From contig CAUVXB020000002.1 in assembly GCA_963555825.3 (NCBI GenBank), positions 2,336,001 through 2,400,000 on the forward strand: a DNA stretch of 64,000 nt, in the 5' to 3' direction. Origin of the DNA: Alphaproteobacteria bacterium. Its GTDB lineage: Bacteria > Pseudomonadota > Alphaproteobacteria > JAAXGF01. Of this stretch, positions 52,592 to 63,518 are shown piece by piece. The position numbers were made by a program, and so were the translations under genes. Within the stretch, counting starts at the first letter, position 1, and each line of letters begins with the position of its first letter. The notes under the pieces are model-generated. The model saw only the letters and a list, made by a program, of their open reading frames with translations. It had not been told where the DNA came from and did not search any database.

Positions 52592-54199
52592 CTACGTCTG
52601 TTTTCCTGATAACCAGCTTCGGTCCCCCGGGACAGTCTCTGATGCCTCTGCGTCAATAGGTATGATCACCCATGGCTGAGCGCTGCGAACGAATACGTGA
52701 TGCGTCGGACGGAGCCAGCTCGTATCATCCAATGTACCTGGCTTCAGACTTATACCAACGGCACTAATTATTGACCTGAAATCGCCCAATCTCTCATTCC
52801 GATGGACATGATCGTCTCGGGCTGGTCGATTAGTTTGTTCCAGGCTTGGCAACCGGCCTCGATGATGGCGTCGTAATCTTCGAAGACGCGGTTAGAGAGC
52901 CAATTCTGGCGGAGGTATTGCCAGATGTTCTCGACCGGGTTCAGCTCGGGCGAGCGCGATGGCAGCAGGATGATGGTGAGGTTCTTGGGGACCTTGAGCT
53001 GGTCGGTGCTGTGCCACCCGGCGCGGTCCATCAGGACGACGCCATGGGCCTTGGCGGCGACGTTGCAGCTGATCTCGTCGAGATGCATCTGCATGGCGGC
53101 TGTGTTGGCGAAGGGGAGCATGAGAGCGGCACCCTTGGCTCCCATGGGACAGATTGCGCCAAAGAGGTAGGCGTTCGTGTAGCGCTGATCGGCGGGCAGG
53201 CGTGGCCTTGTTCCCTTCTTCGCCCAAATGCGCACACGCCCGTTCTTCTGTCCCAGCCTGGCCTCGTCTTGGAACCAGATCTCGACCCGCTTGGTCTTGG
53301 GCAGACCGGCTAGGTGGGCAGCGAGCGTGCGGGGGAAGTTTTTTTGAACGCCTCGATCACCCGCTGGTCCTGCTTGGGGTGCTGCGGCCGGGCGCTGATG
53401 TGGGAGAAGGACAGCGCGACGAGAAGGTCGGAGATCGCCCGCTCGCTATAGATCACGCCAAAGCGTTCTTCGATCACCCGTTTCAGGCCAACCCGCCGCC
53501 AGCGAACCACACCGTCAATCTCTGGATCGGGGCCCGTTTCGACGATCACCGACAGTTCGCCCATCTGCTCGTCGGTCAAGAGCCGGGGGCGGCCCGCACC
53601 GGGACGGTTCTTCAAGCCGTCTGCCCCTTCATCGTTGAAGCGGTGCGCCCAGTCTCTCAGCGTCTGGCGATCCATGCCGCCGACCTTAGCGGCTTCCGCT
53701 CGGCTCATGCCGTCGTAAACCGCCGCCAAGGCCAAAAGCCGGCGAACTTGGCGGGGATCGCGACTGTGCTTGGCCAAACACCGGAGCTCAATGCTGTCGT
53801 AGTCGTCCCGAAGAGCAATGCATACTGACATGGCGAATCTCCTTCGCCAGCCTTGAATCACATCCAGCCCAAAAAGGGAATCCCTTGCGAGTCAGAATTT
53901 TGCGCCGTTGGTATTATCTGGTCAGGGCTTCTGTCAGCTTTATGGTGAATTCGAGTGCCGCAATCCGAGCAGAATGAGTTTATGAACGTCTGACCGCTAT
54001 CTGCCCTTCGGTCGAAACTTTTTAGCTCGCCTTTGGTCAGGTGAAAATGTTCAGCAGGTACCCGCATCGCCATCGCAAAGGCGCTCCCCGACTGAGTTTG
54101 GCAGATTGTGCAGTGACAGGCATAGACCACCGCCGCCTCGCTAGTTACTCGGTAACGGACGGCCCCGCATTGGCAGCCGCCGTCGAAAGGGGGGTGCAT
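52592..54199 (-). pseudogene. GFA/CENP-V family gene split by IS630
   Basis: GGCQCGAVRY, CHCTICQ, FCSDCGT; rejoins in frame as PDQI|SLKPGTLDD. Confidence 0.9.
52753..53913 (-). mobile_element. IS630-family element (type B); frameshift transposase 52768..53831
   Basis: TACCAACGGC IRs; TTA duplication; A-run slippery site near 53340; QDEARL, DRAGWH, PELNPVENIW. Confidence 0.92.
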
Positions 54200-54364
54200 T
54201 CTCTTTCTCCGTCTTCTGGCAAGTACAACACACCAGTACATAGCTTACTTTGGCACGACTGGTTGGGGACAATGGCGATCTCGGTCTGCTGTCGCGCGCA
54301 ACGCAGACATGATCCGCTGAAAAGCCGACGTTCTGGGTGTCGTTTCGACTGAATTTCAAACTGA

Positions 54365-55539
54365 TACCAGTGAGCGCCTGAATTGACTCTCGGGATATTC
54401 ATTGATGGCGGATGATGGCGGATTGTGATTCTATGGTCTCCCACCAGATGTGGGGGATGTCATGGGATCAGCACTCAAGATACGGGATGATTTGACGCCT
54501 TTGGAGCTTCGGCGCTGGGCTCGCGTGGAATCGTACGGTCGAGCGGCGGCGCGGGCCTATGGGATCGCGAATGCTTTGGAGGAGATGCCCCGGGCTGATG
54601 CCGCGCGGCTTGCGGGGATGGATCGCCAAACGCTTCGCGACGCGGTTGTTCGTTACAATGCAAAGGGATTGGAGGGGCTTCACGACCGTCCAAAGGGCTA
54701 CTCGCCGCGGCGGCTGACGGCAGACGAGGAAGCGGCGCTGGCGGCGGTCATCATCGCCGGGCCGGAGCCTGAGCGCGACGGGGTTTGCGCCTGGACCCGG
54801 GCCGATCTGTGCCGCTGGCTGGAGGAGCGCTTCGCCAAGACCTACCACCCCTCGAGCATGACCCGGGTTCTACGGCGGATGGGATTTTCCCGCCAGAAGG
54901 CGCGCCCGAGCCACCCGCGAAGGGACGCCGAAGCGCAGGAGCGCTTCAAAAAAGGGGGCTTCGCGACATCCTGAAGGCGACCGCCGCGGCGCATCCCGAC
55001 AAGCGCCTACAGCTGTGGTTTCAGGATGAAGCGCGCGTCGGCAACAAGGGCCGGGTGTGTCACCGGTGGTGGCGCAGGGGCGAGCGTGCCCCCGGGACGC
55101 GTCAAATCGGCTACCAGTGGGCCTACATCTTCTCCGCCGTGCGCCCGGACACCGGCGACGACGTCACCCTGGTGATGCCGAGCGTCAACGCCAAGGTCAT
55201 GGACCTGTTTCTCGCACACTTCGCCGATACCCTGGACCAGGATGCGCACGCCGTCATGATGTGCGACGGCGCCGGTTGGCACGACGAGCGCGCCCTCACC
55301 GTCCCCGACAACGTCACCTTGGCGCTGTTGCCGCCTTACAGTCCCGAACTCAACCCCGTCGAGCGGGTTTGGCTCTACCTACGCGAACGCTTCCTATCGC
55401 TCCGCGTCCTCGACGACACCGAGGCCATCATCGACGCCTGTTGCCAAGCATGGATCGACCTCATCGCAGAACCGGATCGTATGCGAACCCTCTGCGCCTA
55501 TCCATGGATCATGAAGGTGATTTCATAGGCTCACCGGTA
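54365..55539 (+). mobile_element. IS630-family element (type C); frameshift transposase 54462..55528
   Basis: TACC(A/G)GTGAGC IRs; TGA duplication; AAAAAAGGGGG slip site; FQDEARV, DGAGWH, SPELNPVE. Confidence 0.92.
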
Positions 55540-55724
55540 TGAGACGCTACCGTCGTTTTCCGCGTTCTAGAACATTATTCGATCGATAGGAAACGGTGGG
55601 TTTACTTCAGCCCGCGACCGCGGGCCGCCGACCGTTCGGCCAGTCCTTGTGGGATAAAGATTGGCATGCGCGGCGATTGAGCGCAGGTCATCTTTGCGTG
55701 AGCCAAAGATGACCGTACATAGAA

Positions 55725-57020
55725 TTACCCGTCGAGGAAGGCGAACTTGAGGATGAACAGTACGGCGAGCACGATGACTGCCCACCCCGCGTCATTCCAG
55801 CGCCCGGTCAGGATCTTGATGCCGGCGTAGGCGACGAAGCCGAAGCCGATGCCGGTCGAGATCGAAAACGTCAGCGGCATCGAGATTGCCGTGATCACGG
55901 CGGGCACGTATTCGGTGACGTCGTCCCAGTCGACCTCGGCGATGCCGCGCATCATCAGGCAGGCGACGAAGACCAGCGCCGGCGCCGTGGCGTAAGCGGG
56001 AATGGTGCCGGCGAGCGGCGCGAAGAACAGGCACAGCAGGAACAGCACTGCGACCGCGACCGCGGTCAACCCGGTGCGCCCACCGGCCTTCACGCCAGCG
56101 ACGCTCTCGATGTAGCTGGTCGTCGTCGAGGTGCCCATCGCGGCGCCCGCGACGGTGGCGACCGAGTCCGACATCAGCGCCTTGCCCAGCCTCGGCAGTT
56201 TGCCCTGTTCGTCGAGCATGCCGCCCTGATGGGCGACGCCGATCAGCGTGCCCGCGGTGTCGAACAGGTCGACGAACAGGAAGGCGAAGATCACCGAGAT
56301 CAGCGCCCCGTCCAGCGCGCCGGCGAGGTCCATGGCGAACAGCGTCGGCATCAGGCTCGGCGGCATCGAGAACACGCCCGTCGCCTCCGACAGCCCGGTC
56401 GCGATGGCGACCAGCGTGGCGAGCAGGATCGCGATCGTGATGGCGCCCGGCACGCGGCGCGCATCGAGCGCGACCATCACCAGGAAGCCGACGATGGCGA
56501 CCAGCACGGTCGCCTGGGTCAGATCGCCGAGCGTCACCAGCGTCGCCGGGTGGTCGACCACGATGCCGGCGTTCTTCAGCCCGATGATGCCGAGGAACAT
56601 GCCGATGCCGGCGGCGATCGACAGCTTGAGACTGCGCGGGATGGCGTTGATGATCCATTCGCGCACCTTGAGGACGCTCAGGATAAAGAACAGCACGCCG
56701 GCGATGAACACCGCGCCGAGCGCGGTCTGCCAGCTATGGCCGAGCGTCAGCACCACGGTATAGGCGAAGAAGGCGTTGAGCCCCATGCCGGGCGCCAGCG
56801 CGATCGGGTAGTTGGCCCACAGCCCCATGATCGCCGAGCCGATCGCGGCGGCGAGACAGGTCGCGACGAACACCGCGCCCTGGTCCATCCCGGCGGCGGC
56901 CAGGATGCTCGGGTTGACGAAGGCGATGTAGGCCATGGTGAGGAACGTCGTCACGCCGGCGATCAGCTCGGTGCTGACGTTGGTCGAGTTTTCGGACAGC
57001 TTGAAGAGGTTCTCGAGCAT
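55725..57020 (-). CDS. NCS2/AzgA-family purine permease
   Basis: TTFLTMAYI, APGMGLNAFF, DLFDTAGTL, YIES.AG..GGRTG. Confidence 0.93.
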   Translation of the reverse strand: MLENLFKLSENSTNVSTELIAGVTTFLTMAYIAFVNPSILAAAGMDQGAVFVATCLAAAIGSAIMGLWANYPIALAPGMGLNAFFAYTVVLTLGHSWQTALGAVFIAGVLFFILSVLKVREWIINAIPRSLKLSIAAGIGMFLGIIGLKNAGIVVDHPATLVTLGDLTQATVLVAIVGFLVMVALDARRVPGAITIAILLATLVAIATGLSEATGVFSMPPSLMPTLFAMDLAGALDGALISVIFAFLFVDLFDTAGTLIGVAHQGGMLDEQGKLPRLGKALMSDSVATVAGAAMGTSTTTSYIESVAGVKAGGRTGLTAVAVAVLFLLCLFFAPLAGTIPAYATAPALVFVACLMMRGIAEVDWDDVTEYVPAVITAISMPLTFSISTGIGFGFVAYAGIKILTGRWNDAGWAVIVLAVLFILKFAFLDG

Positions 57021-57266
57021 CGGGCCACCCCCTTGTTCGCGGCGCCGTCTCCGCCCCCTCGCGGGCAACGCCTGTCGGTTAGTGCCTGCCGCCCGGACGC
57101 GGACGAAGCCTACGCGATTGCCAAGCGCGATGCCACACCGACGTGGCGAGGGTGGGCGCGACGCGGGGTCTCGCTACCTGGCCCCTGGAAGCGAAAGGGG
57201 CGCGGGGGAAGGGTCATAACCCTTCCCTTGTACCCATCCTGGTCGCGGGGTGGCCTGATCCGTTTG

Positions 57267-57629
57267 CTAAACCAAATCGCCGACCGTGACGTCGAGGGCG
57301 TTGGCGAGCGCGCGCAAGGTGCGGCCGGTCGGCTCGCGCTGGCCGCGCTCGATGCGCGACACGTCGGCCTGGTCGAGGCCGGCTTTCTCGGCGAGCTCGG
57401 ATTGGGTCATACCGCGATAGCCGCGCCAGACCTTGACCGGGTTTTCGCCGGCGATCAGGCGCTCGGCGATATCGCCGGGCACTAGGGCCTCGCGCATGGC
57501 GCGGGCATTGCGCACGGCGGCGGCGTCGGCGGCGTCCTCGGCGGCAGCGAGCAGGCGCTCATACTCCTTGATGTCGAGGACGGCGTGGGTGCGTCGGCCG
57601 TTCTTTTCGATGTATTGAACCGTGCTCAT
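57267..57629 (-). CDS. XRE-HTH antitoxin (HigA-like)
   Basis: GENPVKVWR.YRGMTQSELA...VSRIERG. Confidence 0.85.
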   Translation of the reverse strand: MSTVQYIEKNGRRTHAVLDIKEYERLLAAAEDAADAAAVRNARAMREALVPGDIAERLIAGENPVKVWRGYRGMTQSELAEKAGLDQADVSRIERGQREPTGRTLRALANALDVTVGDLV

Positions 57630-57886
57630 CGGTATGCCTTTCCACGGGGTTTGAAGTCAACGACGATCACCACGCGCGCGGCGCGATCGATCGTATACAG
57701 CAGCCGCCAGTCTCCGAAGCGATACCGGAACGTGTCCTTCTCGCCCTTGAGCGGCGCGGCCTGCGGGCGCTTGGCGAAGGGGTCTGCGGCGATCTCGGCG
57801 ACGATGGCCATGACGCGCGCTTTGAGCGTGGCGGGCTGGCGCTTGAGGGCGTTGATGGCAGCTCTTGTATATGTCGTTTCATACAT
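57626..57886 (-). CDS. RelE/ParE family toxin
   Basis: LKG...FRYRFGDWRLLY, PRGKAYR; 4-bp overlap with the antitoxin. Confidence 0.87.
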   Translation of the reverse strand: MYETTYTRAAINALKRQPATLKARVMAIVAEIAADPFAKRPQAAPLKGEKDTFRYRFGDWRLLYTIDRAARVVIVVDFKPRGKAYR

Positions 57887-58209
57887 AACTGCAATAGGGA
57901 TTATACCACATTTGTCACCAAAACGAGATATGCGTTTCCGTGCACCCTGTTCAAATGTTTGAGCGCATAGGCATTGGACTCGGAGGCGAGTAGCCCGATG
58001 GCCACGGTTGCGGAGACGATCGAATGCGCTGACATCGGCTACTGCCCGAGCCGTCGATACCCGTGGCTCTTCCCCTGGCCTTGACGCCGCCTGGGCGGCG
58101 TTGGCGGCGGGGAAGGACACATCGACGGCTGGGGCATCCGCCATCGAACCCGCGCACCCCCTCCCGGTGGCGCCGAGGGCGCGAGGGGTTCGGGCGACTG
58201 GCTCCGCGC

Positions 58210-58440
58210 TTATTCCGAGGCGCGGCGCAGGTGTCTCCTGACCTCGATCAGGACCGTCAGGGGGGCGCCGACGAGGACGGCAACGGCGATGAGCAAGACC
58301 AGCGCGGCGGGCGCCAGCGCATCGAGTCGCATGACCAGCACGCCCACGCCTAGAATAAGCACGACGGCGGCCGTGAGCGGCCAGGAGTCGCCGACGACCA
58401 AATCATAGATAAACTTCAGAGGGGCAGTGAGCCATCTCAT
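58210..58440 (-). CDS. Small membrane protein
   Basis: FIYDLVVGD motif plus two hydrophobic helices; ATGA coupling to the upstream gene. Confidence 0.65.
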   Translation of the reverse strand: MRWLTAPLKFIYDLVVGDSWPLTAAVVLILGVGVLVMRLDALAPAALVLLIAVAVLVGAPLTVLIEVRRHLRRASE

Positions 58441-59237
58441 GACGCGGCCGCCGGGCTGGGCGCGAGGCGCTTCAGAATCGCCACCGTGGCGCGCGTGACG
58501 ACGAGCCAGGCGAGCAGGATCGCCGGCAGGGCCCAGGTGCCGCCCGGCCACGCCAGGCTCTCGCCGCCGGCGCCGAAGAACCCCAACCCCTCGACGACCC
58601 AGAACAGGCCGAAGCTCGAGAGCAACAGGCCGACGGCGTATTTCATCGTGTTCTCGGGCACCATCGCCAGCGGGCGCCGGATGACGATGCCGCTGACGAC
58701 GACGACCAGCGCGCCGAGCACGGCGCCGAGCGTCGCGCTCAACATGGCGTCGGGGACGCCGCGGTGGGCCGCCCCAAGCCCGAAGGTGATGACGATGAAG
58801 ACGACCTCGATGCCTTCCAGCAACACGCCCTTGAAGGCGACGACGAAACCGAAGGCGTCGAGCCCGAAGAATTGACCGCTGCCGGCGGCGCGGGCCGCCG
58901 CCACTTCGTCGGCGAAGATCAGGTCCTCGTCATGGAGCGCCTTCAAGCCGGCCGAGCGCAGCATCGCTTTTCTGAGCCACTGCAGGCCGAAGACGAGCAG
59001 CAGGGCGCCGACGATGAATTGCAGGAAGGCCGCGTTCACATAATCACGCAGCGCGACGCCGGCGATCGCGACGAGCAGCGCCAGCACGACGACCGCGGCC
59101 GCGGTGCCCGCCAGCGCCGAACGCCAGCCCCGGCTCATGCCCATGGCGAGCACGATGGTGAAGGCCTCGACCACCTCGACGGCGGAGGCGATGAAGACGG
59201 CCACGATCAGGCCGATGGCGTCTGGCGTGAACGACAT
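58437..59237 (-). CDS. COG4280/TMEM165-GDT1-like membrane protein
   Basis: AVEVVEAFTIVLA and LLEGIEVVFIV acidic motifs in transmembrane helices. Confidence 0.8.
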   Translation of the reverse strand: MSFTPDAIGLIVAVFIASAVEVVEAFTIVLAMGMSRGWRSALAGTAAAVVVLALLVAIAGVALRDYVNAAFLQFIVGALLLVFGLQWLRKAMLRSAGLKALHDEDLIFADEVAAARAAGSGQFFGLDAFGFVVAFKGVLLEGIEVVFIVITFGLGAAHRGVPDAMLSATLGAVLGALVVVVSGIVIRRPLAMVPENTMKYAVGLLLSSFGLFWVVEGLGFFGAGGESLAWPGGTWALPAILLAWLVVTRATVAILKRLAPSPAAAS

Positions 59238-59527
59238 GCCGCCCCCTTCGGCCGACAAACCCCGGAAAACCGCCGAATCGGTCGAGACTGTACCACATGG
59301 CCGCCGAGGCGGCTGTTTATCGCCCGCAGGGGGACTGTCTCAGTTTGAGCTTTTGTGCGCGGATCGCGCTGAGCCAACGCTCATTTCGGCTGTTTGGGGC
59401 AAAGCGGACGTGTATCGGGAATGGCGTCCACTTCCGGAGATAGCCGTTAAGAGACGTTTGAGGCTTCTGGATACATTTGGCGGATACCGCGTAAGGGTGA
59501 TCCGCGGGATAGTGACGGGTCAAACAA

Positions 59528-60421
59528 TCAGACGAGCTTTTGCAAAGCTGCAATGTGGTCGACGCGCATACCACAGCAACCCCCAATGACCTGAACACCA
59601 CGCTCAAGCCAGGCTTTTGAAAGAGATGCATAGTCTTGGGGGGAAATCGTCTCATCGAATATGCATTTGCCGCCAACCCAACGGGCTGAATGGGCGTAGA
59701 CGCCGATGGACCCCGACCATCGATCATGCAAAACATCGAGACAAGCATCGATATGCTCGACTTCGGTATGCATTATACTGACAAGCGGAACGTTCTTGTC
59801 CTTGATCGCGTCCAGCGCGTCGATCAAAGGTTCACCGTTCCTAAGGCCCATGGTTTTGGAACTATCGGGCTCGCAGGTCAAACCAACCCAAACAGGCAAT
59901 CCGCTGGTTTGTGCTGCATCAAGCGTGACCAGCATACGGTCTATATCAATCATCATTTCCAGCATCAGCAGGTCGGCGCCCGCTTTGACCATAATCGCGG
60001 CCTGTTCTTCAATGCTGCCGCGCAAATTGTCGAGCGAAGGATGATCTCCGGCCCACGACCAATACGAAATTCCCCCTGCCACCAGCACGTCCGGTTTTTG
60101 TAAATTCTCACGGGCCTCGGTTGCCAGCTCGATTCCTCGCCGATTGAGTTCTTCAAACTGATCTTCGACAGCGGCATCGCGCAGGGCATGTCTTGATGTG
60201 GCAAAGGTGTTTGAAATAACAATCTCGGCGCCTTCGCGGATGTAGTCTTCATGGACCGAACGCAAGACATCTGGATGGCTCAAAGCACCGCCACCGTTCC
60301 AGGCGTTGTTTAATTGCGGTACGCCACGCCTCTCGATTTCCGTCCCGGTCGCACCATCCATCAGTACGCGTTCGCCGTTGTGGACACGCGCCATCAGTCT
60401 TTCATAGCGGTTCACGTTCAA
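59528..60421 (-). CDS. Homocysteine S-methyltransferase family protein
   Basis: MDGATGTE, HEDYIREGA, IGGCCG Zn motif; lower GC than neighbours. Confidence 0.9.
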   Translation of the reverse strand: MNVNRYERLMARVHNGERVLMDGATGTEIERRGVPQLNNAWNGGGALSHPDVLRSVHEDYIREGAEIVISNTFATSRHALRDAAVEDQFEELNRRGIELATEARENLQKPDVLVAGGISYWSWAGDHPSLDNLRGSIEEQAAIMVKAGADLLMLEMMIDIDRMLVTLDAAQTSGLPVWVGLTCEPDSSKTMGLRNGEPLIDALDAIKDKNVPLVSIMHTEVEHIDACLDVLHDRWSGSIGVYAHSARWVGGKCIFDETISPQDYASLSKAWLERGVQVIGGCCGMRVDHIAALQKLV

Positions 60422-60729
60422 TTTCCCCGTCGTCGACCGTCATGGGAAAGGAACTATAGCCAACATCACTAACTTCTGAAATGGATCAGGAGCAGAAGTT
60501 TCGACAACCCTCGTCGACGCCCGATGACGGACGTGGAACGGGCATGACCTGCTCAAAAGCGGGCGTTCAGGGCTTTGGTCCGGCTCGTGGGTTCGCGCGC
60601 CGATCCATCCTGCGCTAAGCTGCCGCGCAGAAACGTTTCGGGCGCGAGCCGCGTTCGTACGATCCGGTCGTGGTTCGCCTACGGCGATACTGGCAAGCCC
60701 CGCCGCGGCGGCCGCCCTAGTGGTATCCG

Positions 60730-62149
60730 TGTATCGCACCCGGTTCCTTGGACACAAGTTTGTCTCATGCGGCGGGCCTGAGTGACATCGCGGTGTGCCA
60801 CGCCTGACGAGCTTGAGCGGGGCTCAGGTAGCCGTTCTTCTCCACGATCCACTGGGCATTGTACTGTTCGACGAACCCGCGGACGGCGTTCCGCAGCTCC
60901 GCGATGTTGCGGTAGATGCGGCCATGGATGATCTGTTCCTTGAGCGTGCGATTGAACCTCTCGGCGACGCCGTTGGTCTGGGGCTGTTCGACGAAGGCGT
61001 AGGACGGCTGGATGCCCCAGAACTTGATCTGGTTGGTGAAGTGGTCCGACAGATACTGGGAGCCGTGATCCATCCGCAAGGCCAGCCCCCGCGCCGCACC
61101 GGCGGAGGTCGAGGCATACAGCCTCGCAAGCCCCATGGAGATCGGCTGAAGGGCGGCGAAGCGGTCGCCTCGCTTGCACACATGCCAGCCGACGCACTCG
61201 GCGTTCCAATGCTCGATGGCGGTGAATATCCAGCCCCAGCCGTCGTCCACCGTGAACACCCGAACGCCGTCCGTGCCCCACATGAGGTTGGGGGCATGGG
61301 TGATGATCTCACCGACATGGGGATTTCCGCCACGGCGGCGGCAGCGATGGGGCGAGAGCAGGTTGTTCTCGCGCATCACCCGGAGCCCCCGCTTGCGGGA
61401 AACACGGATGCCACGACAGACCCGAAGCCGAGCCCAGACCTTGCGGTGTCCCTCGCCCTCCCAGGGGGATGCCTCCAGGTCGGCCTCGATGGCCACCAGC
61501 AGAGCCTCGTCCGAGATCGAGGGCTTCGGTCCCCGGCGCTTTGCTGGTGGGCGCTCAGCGGTGGCCTGCTGCCGGGATTTCATGGCGTAGAACGAGGAAC
61601 GGGCAAAACCCCAGGCCGCACAGACCCGCTGGAGGCCGTAGGCCAAACCCGTGCCGGGAGAGGTGGCGGCACTCATCGCCGCGACCTCCGCCGCCCCAAA
61701 GGGCCGGACGTCTCCGTCTTGGCCTCCAGCAGTTCCACCTGCATGATCAACTCCCCGATCCGCTTCATGGCGATGTCCAGTTCCGCCTTCACCGGATCGC
61801 CCTTGCGTTCCTTGAGCGAGGCATCGATCCCGGCGATCGCCTTCTCACGCCACTGCTCGAGCCGGAAAATCTCCACGCCCAACTGCCGCGACAAAAGTTC
61901 CACCGGCTCGCCACGCAAAAGCCGCAGGGCAACCTCACGCTTGCGCGTCACCGTCCACCGCTGGCCAAGTCCCAGCGGGCCTGCCGGCGAAACCTGGCCC
62001 GGGGAAAACGTGGACGAGCCAAGCTCGCCCTCGTTTACCACAGGCCCATCAACAGCAACTTTGTTCTCAAAATTGTCGGTCATGTTCCGGTCCTCCTTGG
62101 ACACTTCGATTAAGCCAATTCTGTGTCCAAGGAAATCGGGTCCGACTCA
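60730..62149 (-). mobile_element. IS3-family element (type B), complete; orfA 61673..62104, orfB 60765..61676
   Basis: Matches 27289..28708. Confidence 0.93.
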
Positions 62150-62183
62150 CAATTCTGTGTCCAAGGAAATCGGGTCCGACTCA
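62116..62183. repeat. 34-bp tandem duplication of the IS3 left end
   Basis: CAATTCTGTGTCCAAGGAAATCGGGTCCGACTCA x2. Confidence 0.95.
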
Positions 62184-63360
62184 ATCAGATTACCGGACTC
62201 AGCAACAATAATGACGTATCGACGTGGTGCGACGCTTCCTCGTATGGCAATGATGCAGAAGCTGAAGGTGAACCAACCTATCAAACCGATCGGGGAGCAG
62301 ATCAGTTCAACGGTATGCCAGTGGTCCTCTTTAAAATCTCCGATTACGATCACATGATCGTAGACGATGCTGATTCTTTGGATATCACGACGGTCATGAC
62401 CTTGATGATTGCAGCCGATTACAAGAGTTCGTCACATTTTTGGACCGGTTTTTCAGCAAAGCGACCAATGATAGATGGGATGCCGGATTTGGATTCGGCA
62501 GAGACAGCAATACCGAAAAATGGTTCGCATGGGTGGACAATTTCAAGCTACCCAGCATACGTGCAACTCTAAGTTATAAAGACGATCATATCATAACGAT
62601 GCGGTACGATCAGGTGACGCTTGAATCTTGGTATGAAGAGACATCGCAAGGTAGCCATGGTTATACGAGCGCGTTGGATCCGAATGGTCACGGTATAGAC
62701 ATCGGCAAACCGGAAAAGGGTTTTTACTACCTAAATGGGAGATTAGCCGAAATTGTGTTGTATGATGAGGCACTTAACGCCGCTCAGCGGATAATTGCAT
62801 CGAACTACATGGCGGCGAAATATGCCATCGCTTTGTCGGCAAATGATTTTTATGACGAAGACGATGCCGGCAATGGCGACTACGATTTAGATGTGGCGGG
62901 GATCGGACAGGCGGCGGACGGCAGCAATCACACGAATGCCCGCGGTACTGGTATCTGGCGGGTGAGCGGCGCCACGGAATTGGGCGACGGTGAATATCTC
63001 TTTTGGGGGCGCGACAACGGTTCTGAAGGTGCGACTGCGACGGGTGTGCCTGCAACTGTTGAAGAAATGCTCAGTAGAGGATGGAGGATGAGCGAGACTG
63101 GCGACGTTGGAAAAGTATCCATCTCGGTTCACCTGACATCATCTGTAACGGCATCCGATTTACGCTTGATTATCGATGACGACGACGATGGTGATTTCTC
63201 TGATGAAACGGTAGAAAGCGGCTTGATTGATGGTGCCACATCCATTGGCGATAATGAATATCAATTCGCCGGTGTGACCAAAATTGGTGATAACAAGCGT
63301 TTCACTTTGGGAACCATCAATAAAACGCAAACACCTCTGTCCAATTGAGATCACATTCAC
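62184..63360 (+). pseudogene. Fragment of a LamG/concanavalin-like surface protein, frameshifted and 5'-truncated by IS3
   Basis: VSTWCDASSYGNDA...FNGMPVVLF, YLNGRLAEIVLYDEAL...NYMAAKYAI; low GC. Confidence 0.75.
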
Positions 63361-63518
63361 GACGCCTTGTAATGCGTTCGGACGGCGTTGCCACGGTGTT
63401 TTGCATGGCCATTGGGACAATATTGGTAACGTCGATGGACAGTGCGACCTGGGGGTCTTGCTGTGACGTGAACGCGTTCGCGGGCGGCTTGGGCTGCGCC
63501 GACAGTGGAGGCTGAGCG

